Shown: positions 62,094 through 64,000 of the stretch, piece by piece | How positions within the stretch are numbered: the first letter of the stretch is position 1 | Layout of the letters: every line of letters starts with the position of its first letter | From: Neodothiora populina | Taxonomy: Eukaryota | Assembly: GCF_041146345.1 (NCBI RefSeq) | Contig: NW_027191409.1 | Span: forward strand, 1,364,001 to 1,428,000 | Reading direction: 5' to 3' | DNA length: 64,000 bases | Notes under the pieces: model-generated | Database searches by the model: none | Told to the model about the DNA's origin: nothing | The model's input: only the letters and a program-made list of their open reading frames with translations | Made by a program: the position numbers and the translations under genes

Positions 62094-62228
62094 ACGCTCT
62101 TCTTTGCCTGGTGGCTTACTCTGCTGCTCTGTGCCTGGTGGTCGCCGCTGCTTCTCTATGTTCGATGGTCGCCTCTGCTTCTCTCTGCCTGGTGATTGTG
62201 TCTGCTGCTCTATGCCTGGCGGTCTCCC
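62094..62228. repeat. Degenerate 27-bp minisatellite, about 5 copies
   Basis: Units at 62121, 62148, 62175, 62202 (ctgctKctctNtgcctggtggtcgcc-like) and a weaker unit at ~62094. Confidence 0.85.
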
Positions 62229-64000
62229 CCCGGCCTCCTCTTCCTCTTCCTTGCGCGCTAGGCTTGGAAGCTGATGCTGAGCTATGTCGGCTATGGCTGC
62301 CTGTAACATGCTTGTGCGGTCGTGGCGCCATAGCATATGCTTTCGCCAATGCTCTGGGAGATACATAGGACAGAGGACTAAGAGAAAAGTACAACGATAA
62401 TTTGGGAGCGGAGGGATCGAAGAGGGTATAGAAGGAAAGAGCATTGGATGCGGATCAGGAATGAATCAGGAAGGACTAGCGTATTGAAAGAGGATCGAAG
62501 GAGAAGTCTGAAGGGAAGGCTTGAAATGAGGGATGTAGGAATACAGACTAGAGAAAGTGAATATACGAAGAGAGATCAAGATGACAAAGCCAAAAGAATA
62601 GACAGAGAATCATGATGCTTGAGGAAAGAGACCTGGAAAAGAAAATAGGAGAGAACGTGTCAGAGATGAACCACATACACCTATTACCATTCTATATCAA
62701 ATGTGAAAAAGCCCATCTTGCAGAATCTGTTCACCTCACTTCTGGTCTAGTATACCAAAGCAGAGCGAAGCGGCGACGACGACGACGACGAGTAGAGTTG
62801 AAGTCTGCTCGTTCTCGATACGGGGCTGAACACGTCAAGAGAGAGCAGGCACGTACGTATGGACACTGAGAGCGAAATACCAACTAACCAGTTGAGTACA
62901 TGTTCTACACAACTAGAGGAAAGGAGAAAATGTATCAAGAGCCAGGAAAACAATAGTGTCCATCCGGCAAATTTCCATCATCTGAGACTGCAAAGAAGAC
63001 TCCTGGTGGGATTATACTCTAACGACAGCAGTGTAGCTGAGCTGCTGTCTCCTGTTCCTTGCAGTCTTTTTCTTTTCTTCTTTTCTTTCGCATCTCGAAT
63101 ATTGGAAAGCGCAAAATAGAAAAGGGGAGTTTCTCTTTCTACTTCGCTTTTCTTTTCTAGACAGTTCCCCCATGGCATTTCCTGCTTATCGTGAGATAGC
63201 TGCAACTTGCGTGGGAATATGAAGAGAGATAATTCGAAAGTACAGATGTAGCTGTCCACGGACCGGGAAGCATCAGGAACGACGACACGCACAAAGTGCG
63301 GACAATTGTCGCACGTGAACGTGTCGGGTTTGAAGAGGGCAGTAAAAGTAATACTCGACACTGTAGGATCTCTCACAGATTTACAAGAACAGGAAAATGC
63401 GGAGGAGATAAGAATAATGACATAAGATGTTGATAGTCCGGCAAGACTCCTTTTGTTCCAAGTGTAGTGATGTGCTCTGACTAGTATAGGTCAAGCATTG
63501 CAGGACAGAGGAACAAAGTAAAGAAAGTAGGTAGAGAATGCAAGGAAAGTACGCTGCTAGACTTCAAAGGTTGTCCGGCACAGAGAACATATTGCGTTCT
63601 CTTGAAGCTTCAACATTATCATGAAAGGACTTGTGAACAAGGCAGATTTACACATGAAGGCAAAAGGACAAGAAGCAAGTGCTGAATCACAACACCGAGC
63701 ATGATCGACCTTAGGAACAAGTCTTGAGGAGTTCACGACGAGGTGAGCAGGGGAAGAGCAAACTCCCATTTCCTTCCATCCCTAGACCACGCAAGACATG
63801 AGATGCGGAGTTTGACACATGCTGTGGGACCGTAGTCTCATCGGCCAGTACCTACAGAGCCTACTATCTTCGACTTATGTGTGGTCGTCAAAGCGCGATT
63901 AACAGGATGACCGCGGGAGCCCTGAGAATAAGGATAGGCCTGTCGCAGCCTACAGCTTGCAATAGCACATGCAAGTGATCAAGCTGCAATATGTGTCGAA

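Noticed and set aside
62094..62228. 27-bp repeats as a CRISPR-like array
   Set aside because: Head-to-tail units without spacers, no cas genes, eukaryotic context

Overview
Gene-dense window from a filamentous ascomycete (Pezizomycotina; class not determinable from sequence alone), with short GT-AG introns (~50-60 nt) and CTRAY branch sites. About 20 protein genes are supported: type II NADH dehydrogenase (partial), glycerol-3-P dehydrogenase, a GPI-anchored Cys-rich protein, NAD+ synthetase, a large DH-BAR-SH3 RhoGEF, Dph4, a GH17 glucanase, Ilm1, an M19 dipeptidase, Msh3, Cdc6, an orphan protein, Utp13, proteasome beta-4, a hybrid histidine kinase, a P450, Ade16/17, an Sfk1-family protein, eL36, Txl1 and Ubx4/TUG. 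RNA genes that the ORF track cannot show are a dispersed 5S rRNA gene (40912-41030) and an H/ACA snoRNA matching snR10/SNORA21 (49302-49465, minus). The best novelty candidate is an unassigned, strongly structured non-coding unit on the minus strand (23631-23920) with a TATA box, a possible intron and rRNA complementarity. No transposon or CRISPR was recognised. Family calls and rRNA target sequences come from recalled motifs, not database searches; folds were done by eye.
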